DNA of 63,916 nucleotides from an uncultured Elusimicrobia bacterium (GTDB lineage: Bacteria > RUG730). The DNA is taken from positions 1-63,916 of the forward strand of contig ONXP01000003.1 of assembly GCA_900321865.1 (NCBI GenBank), given 5' to 3'. Positions 29,306 to 39,393 of this stretch are shown in pieces (positions within the stretch are counted from its first letter, which is position 1; every line of letters begins with the position of its first letter). The notes beneath the pieces are model-generated. The model searched no databases, had not been told where the DNA came from, and worked only from the letters and a program-made list of their open reading frames with translations. A program made the translations under genes and the position numbers.

Positions 29306-32300
29306 TTAATTGAATAGTTTTCGATAATTTTCAAAAACTTTAATAATAATTTTATTTTTATCTGTTTCGCCTTGAGCTATAGATGTACTAACCCATTCAT
29401 CTATCATACCTATATCACCATAAATAATTTTTGAAAAAGTATTTTGGATAATATTTTTTATTTCTTCGTTTTTTTGTATTATTCTTTTAAATTCTAAGAT
29501 ATAGTTAGTAGATAATGTATCTAAATAATATAAAAGCTTAACACAAAATTCTTCATTTTTTGCATAATCAAAATTTTCCATATCTTTTAAAAAGTTAATT
29601 AAATTTATTTCATAATAATTATTATAGGGAAACAATTTAGGATATAAATCAGAAACAAGTTTTATAATCTCATTTTTATTTTTTGATGATGTAAATTTAT
29701 CTAGTTTAATAAATACCAATAGTAAATCTAAAAAGTTCTGTAAATTTCTTGTATCATCATAGGAAGCAAAGATAAATAAGAATAATAACTTCACTATAAG
29801 GATTTTATTTATCTTTTTTAAATAAATGAATCTCTTTTTTTCTATTCGTAGATATACTTTTAAAATTTTTATAATTTCATATTCTATTTTTTCGTTAGGT
29901 TTTAATATATCTAATTTCAGTGCATCAAAATATAAATCATAAACAGAAAATTTTTCACAAAAAAGATTAAGATTATTTTTTGTTTTCTCCTGAAATTCTA
30001 CTGAAAAATTATTAAACAAACTAAATGTTGATTTAAAAAATTTTTTATATGTTAATATTAATTTATAGTATTTCTTAATATAGTCATCTATATAAATGTC
30101 TATATATTTTCGTCTATTTATATTGATTTTATCTATGACATATATTATTTTGTTTTTTTTATCATAATTTTTAATGAGTTCTCTAGCTTTGCTTATATCT
30201 ATTTCTTTAATTCTTGTTTGTTCTTCCCATTTATCAGTATAAAAAAATTCTTCCACATCCTTATTGAATGTAAAATTATGCTCTTTATTCTTAAAAAATT
30301 TCAAAATACCTTGAATAATATCGTTAATAGTTTCGTCAAAACAAAATTTTTTATCTTTAAAATTAAAATAATAAGAATGCTTAGCTATTGAATTTAAAAA
30401 TTCGTCTAAAATATTAAAATCTATACAATCAATATATTTACTTAAATAGTGTTTATAAAATATAGATAAAGATAATTCATAATTTTTATACAAATCAAAA
30501 AACTTATTAAATATCTTATTTTTTTCTTCTTTTGAAAGGGAAATATTAGAGAAAAGAATCATAAAATTATTCATTTTATCTATTATTTTTTCTGTAAAAT
30601 TATCTTCTTCTAATTTATTTATTATACAATTGATAATATTTTCAAAACTTTCAATTAATCTATTTTTATCTTCTTCATTACATTTAAGATTTTTAAAATC
30701 ATATATTTTTTTATATTTATCAATGAATTTTATTAATTCTTCATTGTTTAAATATTCAATCATTATATAAAATTCAATATATATAAACTCTTTTGCTAAT
30801 TCTTCATTATGATGATCATATCCATTAATACGATAATAATATCCATTAAACTTATACATAAATACAATATCAATTAACTCTAAAATATCAGATTTAAAAG
30901 TACCTTCTATCTGTTTAAGATTTTTGGGATAAAAAAGATTTAAAAACAAAAAATTTTCTATAATAGAGCAAAAACAAAAAAATAAAGCATTGTACCAATA
31001 TGAAAAAAATTCTTCTGGCAATGATATACTATTAAAATGAACCCATTTATGTTTATTTATGTTATAAAAACATTCTTTAAAAGCATTAAGTTTATAATTA
31101 TTCATAATAAATGCTATGTATGGGAATGTTTCATCTGTATTTATTTTATAAACTTTTCTTCTTTGTTTATAAAATTCCTTTTCTTTTAAATCAATTTCAT
31201 TTTTAACTTTGTGATTAGAATAAAATGTTTCATAAGATATCGGTCTAGGTGGTGGGTTTTGTAAATCCTTATCTAGCTGTAGCCGTAAAATAGAACCTCT
31301 ATTATTTTCAAATATTGCATTAATTAAAGGGTTTTTTTTATAAGAATCATGAATTTTATTTAATTCTTCTTTAGCTTTTTCATATTTACACAGTCTATAA
31401 AAATAGTAAGCTTTATAAAAAACATTAATTGGTTTTGTTTTACTAGGATTATATGATTCATCTTCCACTAATTGTTTTAGTCCTATGTAATCAAAATTGT
31501 AAATTTTTTGAAAAAATTTCTCTATTTCTTCTTTTTTAGGTTTAAAAAATTTTGAAAACTCATATAAATTAACTTCTGTTGTTGGGTAAAAAATATAAGT
31601 CGGTAATTCAATATTATCATCATATTTTGTATACAAAGTTTCTCGGTAACTAGATTGATATTTAAGCATTAAAAAATTATTCTTTGTTAAAATGCTTAAA
31701 ATAATTTTTAATTTTTTTACAATACGAGTTTTTTTAGTAGTTTGATTGTCTTTTTTAAAATTTTCTATTTTTAACTTTCTATTTTCATTTGTCATTTCAT
31801 CAGAAATGTCATATTTTTCACATAATTTTTTATCCTTTTTAAGATATTCTAAAAATAATTTTTCTGGTAATAAATATATTAGATTATCACGAATTGCATC
31901 AATTAAAATTTTAAATTTTACATTATTACTTATTAACACATTTGAGATATCAATATTATAATATCTATTACGATTCTTTATATCATAATCTTCGTTCAAT
32001 AAATCAAGAATATCTTTATTAGTGTAACTATTTAATTTTTTAAGTATTTTTAATTTTTGATAATAATAATCTACGACTTCTTTTATTTCATATAATTCAT
32101 CATATGTTAGAAAAAACAAAGATTTATATGTATCACGACCTATTTCTTTTAATGATTTTATATTTTCTTCTATATTTTGTCTTATATTATCGTTTTTTTT
32201 CAAAAAATCTTCTATTTCATCTTTTATTTTAGTATAAGGTATGCGAATTATATTTTGATTTTTATAATAATTATCTATTATTTCTTTATTTTCTTCTGTG

Positions 32301-33094
32301 CTTGGAGTATCAATATTTAATAAATATGCTTTTTTAGTTTTTTCTCCTAAAATATCTTTTATAGAATTAAATATCATTTTTACATTTATATCATTGACAC
32401 TATAACCGATAAAAAGAACTGTATGCGATGCAACTATTGCCTTTATATAAGTTTCTATTAAGGTGAAATTCTTAGAATACGATAAATAGTCATCCTCTTT
32501 TAAAACAATATTATTTTTAGAAAAATCTCCATGCATTTTTATTATTACATTTTTTGAATGTATGTTAGGAATATCTTTATCTTCTTTAACAACATAATAC
32601 CCTGGAAATTCTTTTCCTAAAAGATTATCATAATTCGTTGTAATAATATATTTAGGTTTTAAAGAATCAAAAATAAGTTTATGAATCTCATTTTGCTTAA
32701 AATTATCAATATTTTTAAAAATATCTTTTAATTTTTTTAAATACTCATCCTCCCCTTTTTCATTAAAATAATATTGAGGAATCTTTAAATATTCATCCTG
32801 GCTATAATCATCTTTTTTATTAGGCTTTAAAGAATTAAAAATAAATTTATGAATCTCATTTGGCTTAAAATTATCAATATTTTTAAAAATATATTCTAAT
32901 TTTTTATTATACTCATTCTCATCTTTTTCTTTTTTATAACCTAAATCTTCTGCAAAAGATTTAATTACATCTTTATAGCTAGGAGCTCCAGAATTTACCG
33001 ATATTCCTGCACCTACAAAAAGGCATAGTTTATCATCCTGTATTGCTCTTTGAATCTTTTTAATAGAATCTAAATAAATTTTATCCATACTCAT
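29306..33094 (-). CDS. Defence-associated sirtuin (DSR2-like): N-terminal SIR2_2 NADase domain plus ~960-aa uncharacterised alpha-helical C-terminal region
   Basis: LFVGAGISVNSGAPSYKDV (GAGIS), ITTNYDNLLG (catalytic Asn) and IIKMHGDFSKNNIVLKEDDY (catalytic His) define SIR2_2/ThsA/DSR. Total length is 1262 aa with no other recognisable motif. It is a single-gene system. Confidence 0.7.
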   Translation of the reverse strand: MSMDKIYLDSIKKIQRAIQDDKLCLFVGAGISVNSGAPSYKDVIKSFAEDLGYKKEKDENEYNKKLEYIFKNIDNFKPNEIHKFIFNSLKPNKKDDYSQDEYLKIPQYYFNEKGEDEYLKKLKDIFKNIDNFKQNEIHKLIFDSLKPKYIITTNYDNLLGKEFPGYYVVKEDKDIPNIHSKNVIIKMHGDFSKNNIVLKEDDYLSYSKNFTLIETYIKAIVASHTVLFIGYSVNDINVKMIFNSIKDILGEKTKKAYLLNIDTPSTEENKEIIDNYYKNQNIIRIPYTKIKDEIEDFLKKNDNIRQNIEENIKSLKEIGRDTYKSLFFLTYDELYEIKEVVDYYYQKLKILKKLNSYTNKDILDLLNEDYDIKNRNRYYNIDISNVLISNNVKFKILIDAIRDNLIYLLPEKLFLEYLKKDKKLCEKYDISDEMTNENRKLKIENFKKDNQTTKKTRIVKKLKIILSILTKNNFLMLKYQSSYRETLYTKYDDNIELPTYIFYPTTEVNLYEFSKFFKPKKEEIEKFFQKIYNFDYIGLKQLVEDESYNPSKTKPINVFYKAYYFYRLCKYEKAKEELNKIHDSYKKNPLINAIFENNRGSILRLQLDKDLQNPPPRPISYETFYSNHKVKNEIDLKEKEFYKQRRKVYKINTDETFPYIAFIMNNYKLNAFKECFYNINKHKWVHFNSISLPEEFFSYWYNALFFCFCSIIENFLFLNLFYPKNLKQIEGTFKSDILELIDIVFMYKFNGYYYRINGYDHHNEELAKEFIYIEFYIMIEYLNNEELIKFIDKYKKIYDFKNLKCNEEDKNRLIESFENIINCIINKLEEDNFTEKIIDKMNNFMILFSNISLSKEEKNKIFNKFFDLYKNYELSLSIFYKHYLSKYIDCIDFNILDEFLNSIAKHSYYFNFKDKKFCFDETINDIIQGILKFFKNKEHNFTFNKDVEEFFYTDKWEEQTRIKEIDISKARELIKNYDKKNKIIYVIDKININRRKYIDIYIDDYIKKYYKLILTYKKFFKSTFSLFNNFSVEFQEKTKNNLNLFCEKFSVYDLYFDALKLDILKPNEKIEYEIIKILKVYLRIEKKRFIYLKKINKILIVKLLFLFIFASYDDTRNLQNFLDLLLVFIKLDKFTSSKNKNEIIKLVSDLYPKLFPYNNYYEINLINFLKDMENFDYAKNEEFCVKLLYYLDTLSTNYILEFKRIIQKNEEIKNIIQNTFSKIIYGDIGMIDEWVSTSIAQGETDKNKIIIKVFENYRKLFN
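32652..32940. repeat. In-frame ~168-bp imperfect tandem duplication inside the SIR2 domain coding region
   Basis: Unit 32652-32819 vs unit 32820-~32940. Both read ttagg(t/c)tttaaagaat(c/t)aaaaataa(g/a)tttatgaatctcattt(t/g)gcttaaaattatcaatatttttaaaaatat... The protein repeat is ...YIFKNIDNFKPNEIHKFIFNSLKP / ...DIFKNIDNFKQNEIHKLIFDSLKP. Confidence 0.75.
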
Positions 33095-33753
33095 ATATTT
33101 TTATAAAAATTTAAGAAAGTTAAATACGATTTTTATTATAATAAAATTCCCCAGATTTTTAGAATTCTTTAGTATCATTATCTAGCTCCCCACTATCTTT
33201 ATATTTTTATAAGGTTTCTTATGAAACATTTTAAATAAAAACATAATTCATTTTTATAAAATTTATTATTATAATTTTTATTGTAGAGATAAGCATTTAT
33301 TATTTTTAGATGAATATTAAATAAAATATTTCTTTAAAAAATTTTTATTTTAAATAACTAAAATTTTATCCGAAAATAAATTTTAAATTTTTAAGCTTAT
33401 TATTCCTATTTTTTGTTTAATTAAGATTTAAATTTTTTTATTTTAATTTATAGTGATTGTTATATTGATGAAAATTTTATATTTATTACTCTATAATTTA
33501 ATAAAAAACAAAATTAATTTAATAATTGTTTTATAAAATTTTTAGATTTTATAGAAAAATATTAGTAATTATTCTAAAATAAATTAAATTCTTTAGTTTT
33601 ATATTTATTTAAAATTTTTGATAAGATAAACTAAACATTATCTTATATATACGAGGTATTTTTGTTATGAGGATTAAAATTTTATTTATTGTTATCATTA
33701 TTTGCTTATTTGATAGTTTAATTTTTTCAAAAAATATAAAAAAAGAGGGAAAT

Positions 33754-34233
33754 ATGGAAAAAAAGGTATTAGTTGCTTATTTTTCAGCTACAGGAACTAC
33801 TAAAAAAGTTGCAGAAAATTTATCAAAGGCAATAAGAGCTGATATTTATGAAATAAAACCTAAAAAACCTTATTCTAATGAAGATTTAGATTGGACCAAT
33901 AAAAACTCCAGAAGTTCCGTTGAAATGGATAAAAAAATAAAACCAGAAATAGAAAAAAATAATTTAGATTTATCAAAATATGAAAAGATTTTTTTAGGAT
34001 TTCCTATTTGGTGGTATGTTGCACCTACCATTATTAATACATTTTTAGAATCATGTGATTTTTCAAATAAAACTATAATTTTATTTGCTACTTCTGGCGG
34101 TTCTAGGTTTGGGAAGACTATAGAAAATTTAAAACCTAGTCTTTCTAATACTGCTAAACTTATAGAAGGAGATATATTAAATCATAACCCTAGCATTAGT
34201 AGATTAAAAACTTGGGCAGAAAAATATATTTAG
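33754..34233 (+). CDS. Flavodoxin family protein
   Basis: KVLVAYFSATGTTKKVAE (FMN phosphate loop) and GFPIWWYVAP motifs. Start set at the internal ATG 33754 after an AGAGGG RBS. Confidence 0.75.
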   Translation: MEKKVLVAYFSATGTTKKVAENLSKAIRADIYEIKPKKPYSNEDLDWTNKNSRSSVEMDKKIKPEIEKNNLDLSKYEKIFLGFPIWWYVAPTIINTFLESCDFSNKTIILFATSGGSRFGKTIENLKPSLSNTAKLIEGDILNHNPSISRLKTWAEKYI

Positions 34234-34248
34234 TTATAGGAGTTATAA

Positions 34249-35259
34249 TTGAAATTTTTAGATGAAAAGCTAGTTTTAGATAAATATAAAGACAAAAAAA
34301 TTTTGGTTCTTTATGGTGGGATATCTAGCGAAAGAGAAATATCTATAGAAACAGGAAAATCTATTTTACAAAGTCTTTTAGATATGAATTTGAATGCAAA
34401 AGGAATAGATTTTAAATTTGATAAATTTGATATTTTTGATAAGGAAAATCCTGATATTGTTTTTATAGCTCTTCATGGAAAAGGTGGAGAAGATGGAAGA
34501 TTGCAGGGTTTTTTAGATTTGAAAAATATATGTTATACAGGAGCTAACTTTTTAGCTTCTGGTATAGCTATGAATAAATTTATAACTAAAAAATTAATTT
34601 CTATGTCTAATGTTCCTACAGCTAAATTTTTTAAATTAGATTTTTCTAGTTTTCCTGAAAATTTTGTAGATTATAAAATTTCTGAATCTGAAAATTTTAA
34701 AAAATATATAGAGGATAATATTTTAAAGGAAACTTTAAATTTCCCTCTAGTTGTAAAACCTAATAATAATGGCTCGGCTATAGGTGTATATATAGTTAAT
34801 GATATAGATGAATTGTTGATTGCTATAGACAAAGTAAAAGAAATAGATACCGAAATTTTGATAGAAAAGTATATAAATGGCAGAGAATTTAGCATAGGAC
34901 TGATAGGTGATATTTTTCTTCCTGTATTAGAAATAAGATCAAAAAATGCTTTTTATGATTATGAAGCGAAATATACAGATGGGAAGTCTAATCATTTTAT
35001 TCCAGAGGATTTAGATAAAGAAGTTTTAAAAAGAATGCAAAATATGGCTATAGATGTAGCTAATATTTTAGGAGTAAAAGGAGCTTCTAGAGTAGACATG
35101 ATTATGGAGGGGAATAATATTTTTGTATTGGAAATTAATACAATCCCTGGCATGACTAAAAATAGTCTTCTCCCATATGCAGCAGAAAAACATGGCATAT
35201 CATTTAATGAATTAGTCCTTTTAATTTTAGAAAATGCTTATGGAAAAAATAGAAAATAA
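34249..35259 (+). CDS. ddl: D-alanine--D-alanine ligase (TTG start)
   Basis: ILVLYGGISSEREISIETGK, FIALHGKGGEDG, ATP-grasp EINTIPGMT; 336 aa. Confidence 0.9.
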   Translation: MKFLDEKLVLDKYKDKKILVLYGGISSEREISIETGKSILQSLLDMNLNAKGIDFKFDKFDIFDKENPDIVFIALHGKGGEDGRLQGFLDLKNICYTGANFLASGIAMNKFITKKLISMSNVPTAKFFKLDFSSFPENFVDYKISESENFKKYIEDNILKETLNFPLVVKPNNNGSAIGVYIVNDIDELLIAIDKVKEIDTEILIEKYINGREFSIGLIGDIFLPVLEIRSKNAFYDYEAKYTDGKSNHFIPEDLDKEVLKRMQNMAIDVANILGVKGASRVDMIMEGNNIFVLEINTIPGMTKNSLLPYAAEKHGISFNELVLLILENAYGKNRK

Positions 35260-38200
35260 AGAAGAATTTTCTTTTTTAAAATTTTGTGAAAAATTAAAAA
35301 AATTTTTAAGATTTGATTATTTTGAAAAGATAATTAATCATTACGAAGAATCAAAAGAATTCCGTCTTCAAGGAATAACTTTTTCTAGCATTAATTTCCT
35401 AGTTCCTTTAATTTATTCAAAAATCAAAACTTTTAATAAATCTATTATTTATATAATAGATGATAAAGAAACATCTCTCTTTGTAAAGATGGAGATGATG
35501 TTTTTTGTAAAAATTTTAAATTTAGATATAAAAAAAGATGAAATTTTTTTATTTTCGGAAGATGAAGGAGAAAATAAAAATTTACTTTTTGAGAAATTAA
35601 ATGAAAATTTGATTCAAAATAAACCATGTATAGCTGTCTGGCATAGTAATGATTTGTTAGATATAGGGATAGATATAAAGAATTTAGAAAAAAATAAATT
35701 TGAACTAAAAATTGGAGAAAAATTAAATATATTATCATTAAAAGAAATATTATTAAAAAATTCGTTTAATTTTGTAGATGAAGTTTATGAGAAAAATGAT
35801 TTTAACATGAGAGGAGAAATTTTAGATTTATGGCCAATTAATTACGAAAATCCTCTTAGAATTACATTTGACGATGAAATTATAGAATCTATTTATGAAT
35901 TTGATATAACTACCCAGAGGAGAAATCTCAAAAAAAAATATGAAAGCATTTTTATAAAAAATTTTTCTAAAAACAATAATACTATTTATTTAGATAATTT
36001 TGATCCAAAAAATTTTATCTGTTTTTATGACAATAAAATTATAGGAAATACAAAGTCTTATTTATTAGAAAAAAACTTTTTTTCATTTTTAATAGAACCT
36101 TTTAACAAAGCTTCAAAAGATATAAAATTATACGAGTCTATGGCATTTAATGCTGATATAGATTTAATTACAAAATATTTAGGCGATTTATTGGACGACG
36201 ATTACAATATTTTTATAGTGTTTTATAAGGATGCAGATATTGCTAATTTTAAATCAACTCTGTTTAAAAACAAAAAATTTAGAAATTCTAAAAATTTACA
36301 TTTTTTTAATGGCTTTATTAGAGAAGGGTTTTATTCATTAGAAGAAAAAATAGCATTTTTTACGGAAAAAGAAATTTTTAATAGAAACTTAAAAGATGAA
36401 ATTATTGTAAAAGATAAAAAAATTAATAAAAAAGTAGATGTTTTTAGAGAAAATTCAATTGATTATAAAATAGGAGATTATGTAGTTCATAATAATTTTG
36501 GTATAGGGAAATTTTTAGGTTTTAGTAATATAAAAGTTGGAGAAAAAAATTCTGAATATATAACAATAGAATATTCTAAAGGCGATAAACTTTTTGTTCC
36601 AATATTTGATTTTAAATTTATAAGCAAATATTCAAATTATGATTCTGATTATATCCCTATGTTAGATTCTATGGATGGATTTACTTGGAAGAAATCTAGA
36701 GCAAAAATAGAACAAAAAATTTTTGAAATGGCAAATAGCATAATATCACTTCAAGCAATCAGAAAAAAAATATCAGGTTTTAGTTTTAAAGAAAATAAAG
36801 TGATGGAGGACGATTTTAGAAATACTTTTCCATACGAGGAAACAGAAGATCAAAAAAAGGCTATAGAGGAAGTTTTGTTAGATATGGCAAGTGATACTCC
36901 TATGGAAAGATTAATTGCAGGTGATACTGGATACGGAAAAACTGAGGTTGCTATTCGTGCAGCATTTAGAGCTATGATAAATAGTAAACAGGTTTTATTA
37001 ATTTGTCCTACGACTTTATTATGTAAGCAACATTATAATACTTTTAAAGAACGATTTTCTTCTTATCCATTTAAAATATCTATGTTATCTAGATTTTTAA
37101 CAAAAAAAGATATAGAGGATGCTAAAAAATCAATTCTTCAAGGGAAGATAGATTTAATAATTTCTACTCATATAGCATTAAGGTCAAATATAAAATTCAA
37201 AGATTTAGGTCTAGTTATAATAGATGAAGAACATAGATTTGGTGTAAAAGATAAAGAAAAATTAAAAATGTTTCAAAAAAATATTGACATATTATATCTT
37301 AGTGCAACTCCTATTCCTAGGACTTTATCTATGGCTCTTAATGGTATAAAAGATATTTCTGTAATAGAAACACCGCCTCCTATTAGAAAAAATATTACTA
37401 CATATATTTATGAATATGATGCAAAGATAATAAAACAAGCTATAGATTTTGAGTTATCTAGAGGGGGACAGGTTTTTTATTTATATAATAATGTAGAAGA
37501 TATAGAAAAGAAAAGGGAGGAACTTGTTTCAATGTTTCCCGATAAAAATATAGCTACTGCTCACGGACAAATGATGCCTAATGAGTTAGATGAAAAAGTA
37601 ACAAATTTTATTGATAAGAAATACGATATTTTAGTAGCAACGACGATAATAGAATCAGGTCTTGATATCCCAAAAGTCAATATGATAATAATTGATAGAG
37701 CGGATCTTCTAGGTTTAGCACAAATATATCAATTGAGAGGGAGAGTTGGGAGAGGTTATGAGAAAGCTTTTTGTTATTTGTTATTTCCTAAAGATTTTAG
37801 TTTAAATAAAAATGCTATCAAAAGATTAGAAGCAATAAAGTCTTTCGAGGGTTTTGGAGCTGGAATAAAACTAGCTATGAGAGATTTAGAAATAAGAGGT
37901 GCGGGGAATCTTTTAGGGAAAAAACAACATGGCTACATTAAGGAAATCGGCTTTGAATTATATATGGATATGTTAAAAAAGGCTATTTCCAAAATGAATG
38001 GAGAGGCATTAGAAGATATAGATTGTGAAATAGATTTACCTATCAGTTTTTATATTCCTAAAACATATATTCCTAGTCCACCAGTTAGAATGTATTTTTA
38101 TAAAGAATTGATTAGTATAACAAGTGATGAAGAGGCTAAAAATATAAAAAAAGAACTTTTGGATAGATTTGGAACAATTCCTAAGGAATTAGAAAATTTT

Positions 38201-38446
38201 TTTGAAGTCTTAAATATTAAAAATTTAGCAAAAAACTTGAAAATTTCTTCTATAAAAGAAAATAAAAATGTTATTACTATAAATTTTTCTGATCCTAAAA
38301 TAATAGATATAAATATTATTTTGGATATGATGGAAAAAGAAAAAGGAAAAATTAAATTTAAAAATAATTCTCCTAATGCAATAGATTTATATGTTAATAA
38401 AAATAAATTAGATTATATAAAAAATATTTTAACAAAATTAAAATAA
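35234..38446 (+). CDS. mfd: Transcription-repair coupling factor
   Basis: 1070 aa. It has an RNAP-interacting domain, LIAGDTGYGKTEVAIRAA (helicase motif I), VIIDEEHRFG (DEEH), QLRGRVGRG (motif VI) and a C-terminal TRCF domain. Confidence 0.95.
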   Translation: MLMEKIENKEEFSFLKFCEKLKKFLRFDYFEKIINHYEESKEFRLQGITFSSINFLVPLIYSKIKTFNKSIIYIIDDKETSLFVKMEMMFFVKILNLDIKKDEIFLFSEDEGENKNLLFEKLNENLIQNKPCIAVWHSNDLLDIGIDIKNLEKNKFELKIGEKLNILSLKEILLKNSFNFVDEVYEKNDFNMRGEILDLWPINYENPLRITFDDEIIESIYEFDITTQRRNLKKKYESIFIKNFSKNNNTIYLDNFDPKNFICFYDNKIIGNTKSYLLEKNFFSFLIEPFNKASKDIKLYESMAFNADIDLITKYLGDLLDDDYNIFIVFYKDADIANFKSTLFKNKKFRNSKNLHFFNGFIREGFYSLEEKIAFFTEKEIFNRNLKDEIIVKDKKINKKVDVFRENSIDYKIGDYVVHNNFGIGKFLGFSNIKVGEKNSEYITIEYSKGDKLFVPIFDFKFISKYSNYDSDYIPMLDSMDGFTWKKSRAKIEQKIFEMANSIISLQAIRKKISGFSFKENKVMEDDFRNTFPYEETEDQKKAIEEVLLDMASDTPMERLIAGDTGYGKTEVAIRAAFRAMINSKQVLLICPTTLLCKQHYNTFKERFSSYPFKISMLSRFLTKKDIEDAKKSILQGKIDLIISTHIALRSNIKFKDLGLVIIDEEHRFGVKDKEKLKMFQKNIDILYLSATPIPRTLSMALNGIKDISVIETPPPIRKNITTYIYEYDAKIIKQAIDFELSRGGQVFYLYNNVEDIEKKREELVSMFPDKNIATAHGQMMPNELDEKVTNFIDKKYDILVATTIIESGLDIPKVNMIIIDRADLLGLAQIYQLRGRVGRGYEKAFCYLLFPKDFSLNKNAIKRLEAIKSFEGFGAGIKLAMRDLEIRGAGNLLGKKQHGYIKEIGFELYMDMLKKAISKMNGEALEDIDCEIDLPISFYIPKTYIPSPPVRMYFYKELISITSDEEAKNIKKELLDRFGTIPKELENFFEVLNIKNLAKNLKISSIKENKNVITINFSDPKIIDINIILDMMEKEKGKIKFKNNSPNAIDLYVNKNKLDYIKNILTKLK

Positions 38447-38527
38447 TAATATTATAAAAGTAAAAACTTGAAAAATAGTTTTTTATTAATTATAATCAAA
38501 AATACTTTTTGTTTCTTTGGAGGATTT

Positions 38528-39391
38528 ATGAAACATAAAATAAAATTGTTTTCGGTTTTGTTTTTTATTTTAATTTCATTTTTAGCTTGTAAAAAAAGTC
38601 AAAATAGTCCTACCTTAATTAAAACCAAAAATGATATTTTTACATTAAACGATTTTAAAGATAGATTAAATGAATTAAAACGATATGGATATCAGAATAT
38701 TACCAAGAGAGATATGGAAGGAATCTTAAAAGATTTGGAAAGAGAATCGGTAATGTTTCAAATTGCAAAAAATCGTGGCTATGATAAAAAAGACGAATAT
38801 TTATCTAGAGCAAAAATGTTTGAAAAACAAAATTTAATAAATTCCCTTATGAGAGAGCTTACACAAGAAAATCATCCTTTGTATGTATCAGAAGAAGAAA
38901 TAAAGTCAGATTATGATAAAAATAAAGAATATTACGATAAGCCTATTCAGATAAAAGTTGCTCATATTCTTTTAAAAGATGAAACTTTAGCTAAAAATAT
39001 TCTTGCAGAAATACGAAATGGTGGAGATTTTGCAGTTTTGGCCAGCAGTTATTCTTTTGACAATTCCAACAAAAATAATGGTGGAGAGCTAGATTGGTTT
39101 GGCAAGGATGCAACTTTTGTTCCTGAATTTAAAGATGCTGCTTTTGCCTTGGCAAATGTTGGGGATGTTTCTGATCTAGTTGAGACATCTTTTGGTTTCC
39201 ATATAATCAAAAAATTAGATGAGAGAGTGGGAGAGCCTATTACATTTGATAATGTAAAAAATGAAATTCGCAATAAATTATTTATGCAAAAATTTGATAA
39301 TTGGTATCAAAATGAATCAAAAAAAGTTTCTGTAAAAACTAATGAAAAACTTCTTTCAACTATAAATATTGAAGAAGAAAAGGGGGAATAA
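38528..39391 (+). CDS. Parvulin-type peptidyl-prolyl isomerase lipoprotein (PrsA/SurA-like)
   Basis: Start set at the internal ATG after a GGAGGA RBS. The signal with lipobox is LISFLAC. The parvulin domain is VAHILLKD...GGELDWFGKD...FGFHIIK. Confidence 0.7.
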   Translation: MKHKIKLFSVLFFILISFLACKKSQNSPTLIKTKNDIFTLNDFKDRLNELKRYGYQNITKRDMEGILKDLERESVMFQIAKNRGYDKKDEYLSRAKMFEKQNLINSLMRELTQENHPLYVSEEEIKSDYDKNKEYYDKPIQIKVAHILLKDETLAKNILAEIRNGGDFAVLASSYSFDNSNKNNGGELDWFGKDATFVPEFKDAAFALANVGDVSDLVETSFGFHIIKKLDERVGEPITFDNVKNEIRNKLFMQKFDNWYQNESKKVSVKTNEKLLSTINIEEEKGE

Positions 39392-39393
39392 TA

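Noticed and set aside
33667-33753. N-terminal 29-aa hydrophobic extension of flavodoxin from the ORF-track start (signal-peptide-like MRIKILFIVIIICLF...).
   Set aside because: Flavodoxins are cytoplasmic. A good RBS (AGAGGG) precedes the internal ATG at 33754, which gives the canonical MEKKVLVAYFSATG start.
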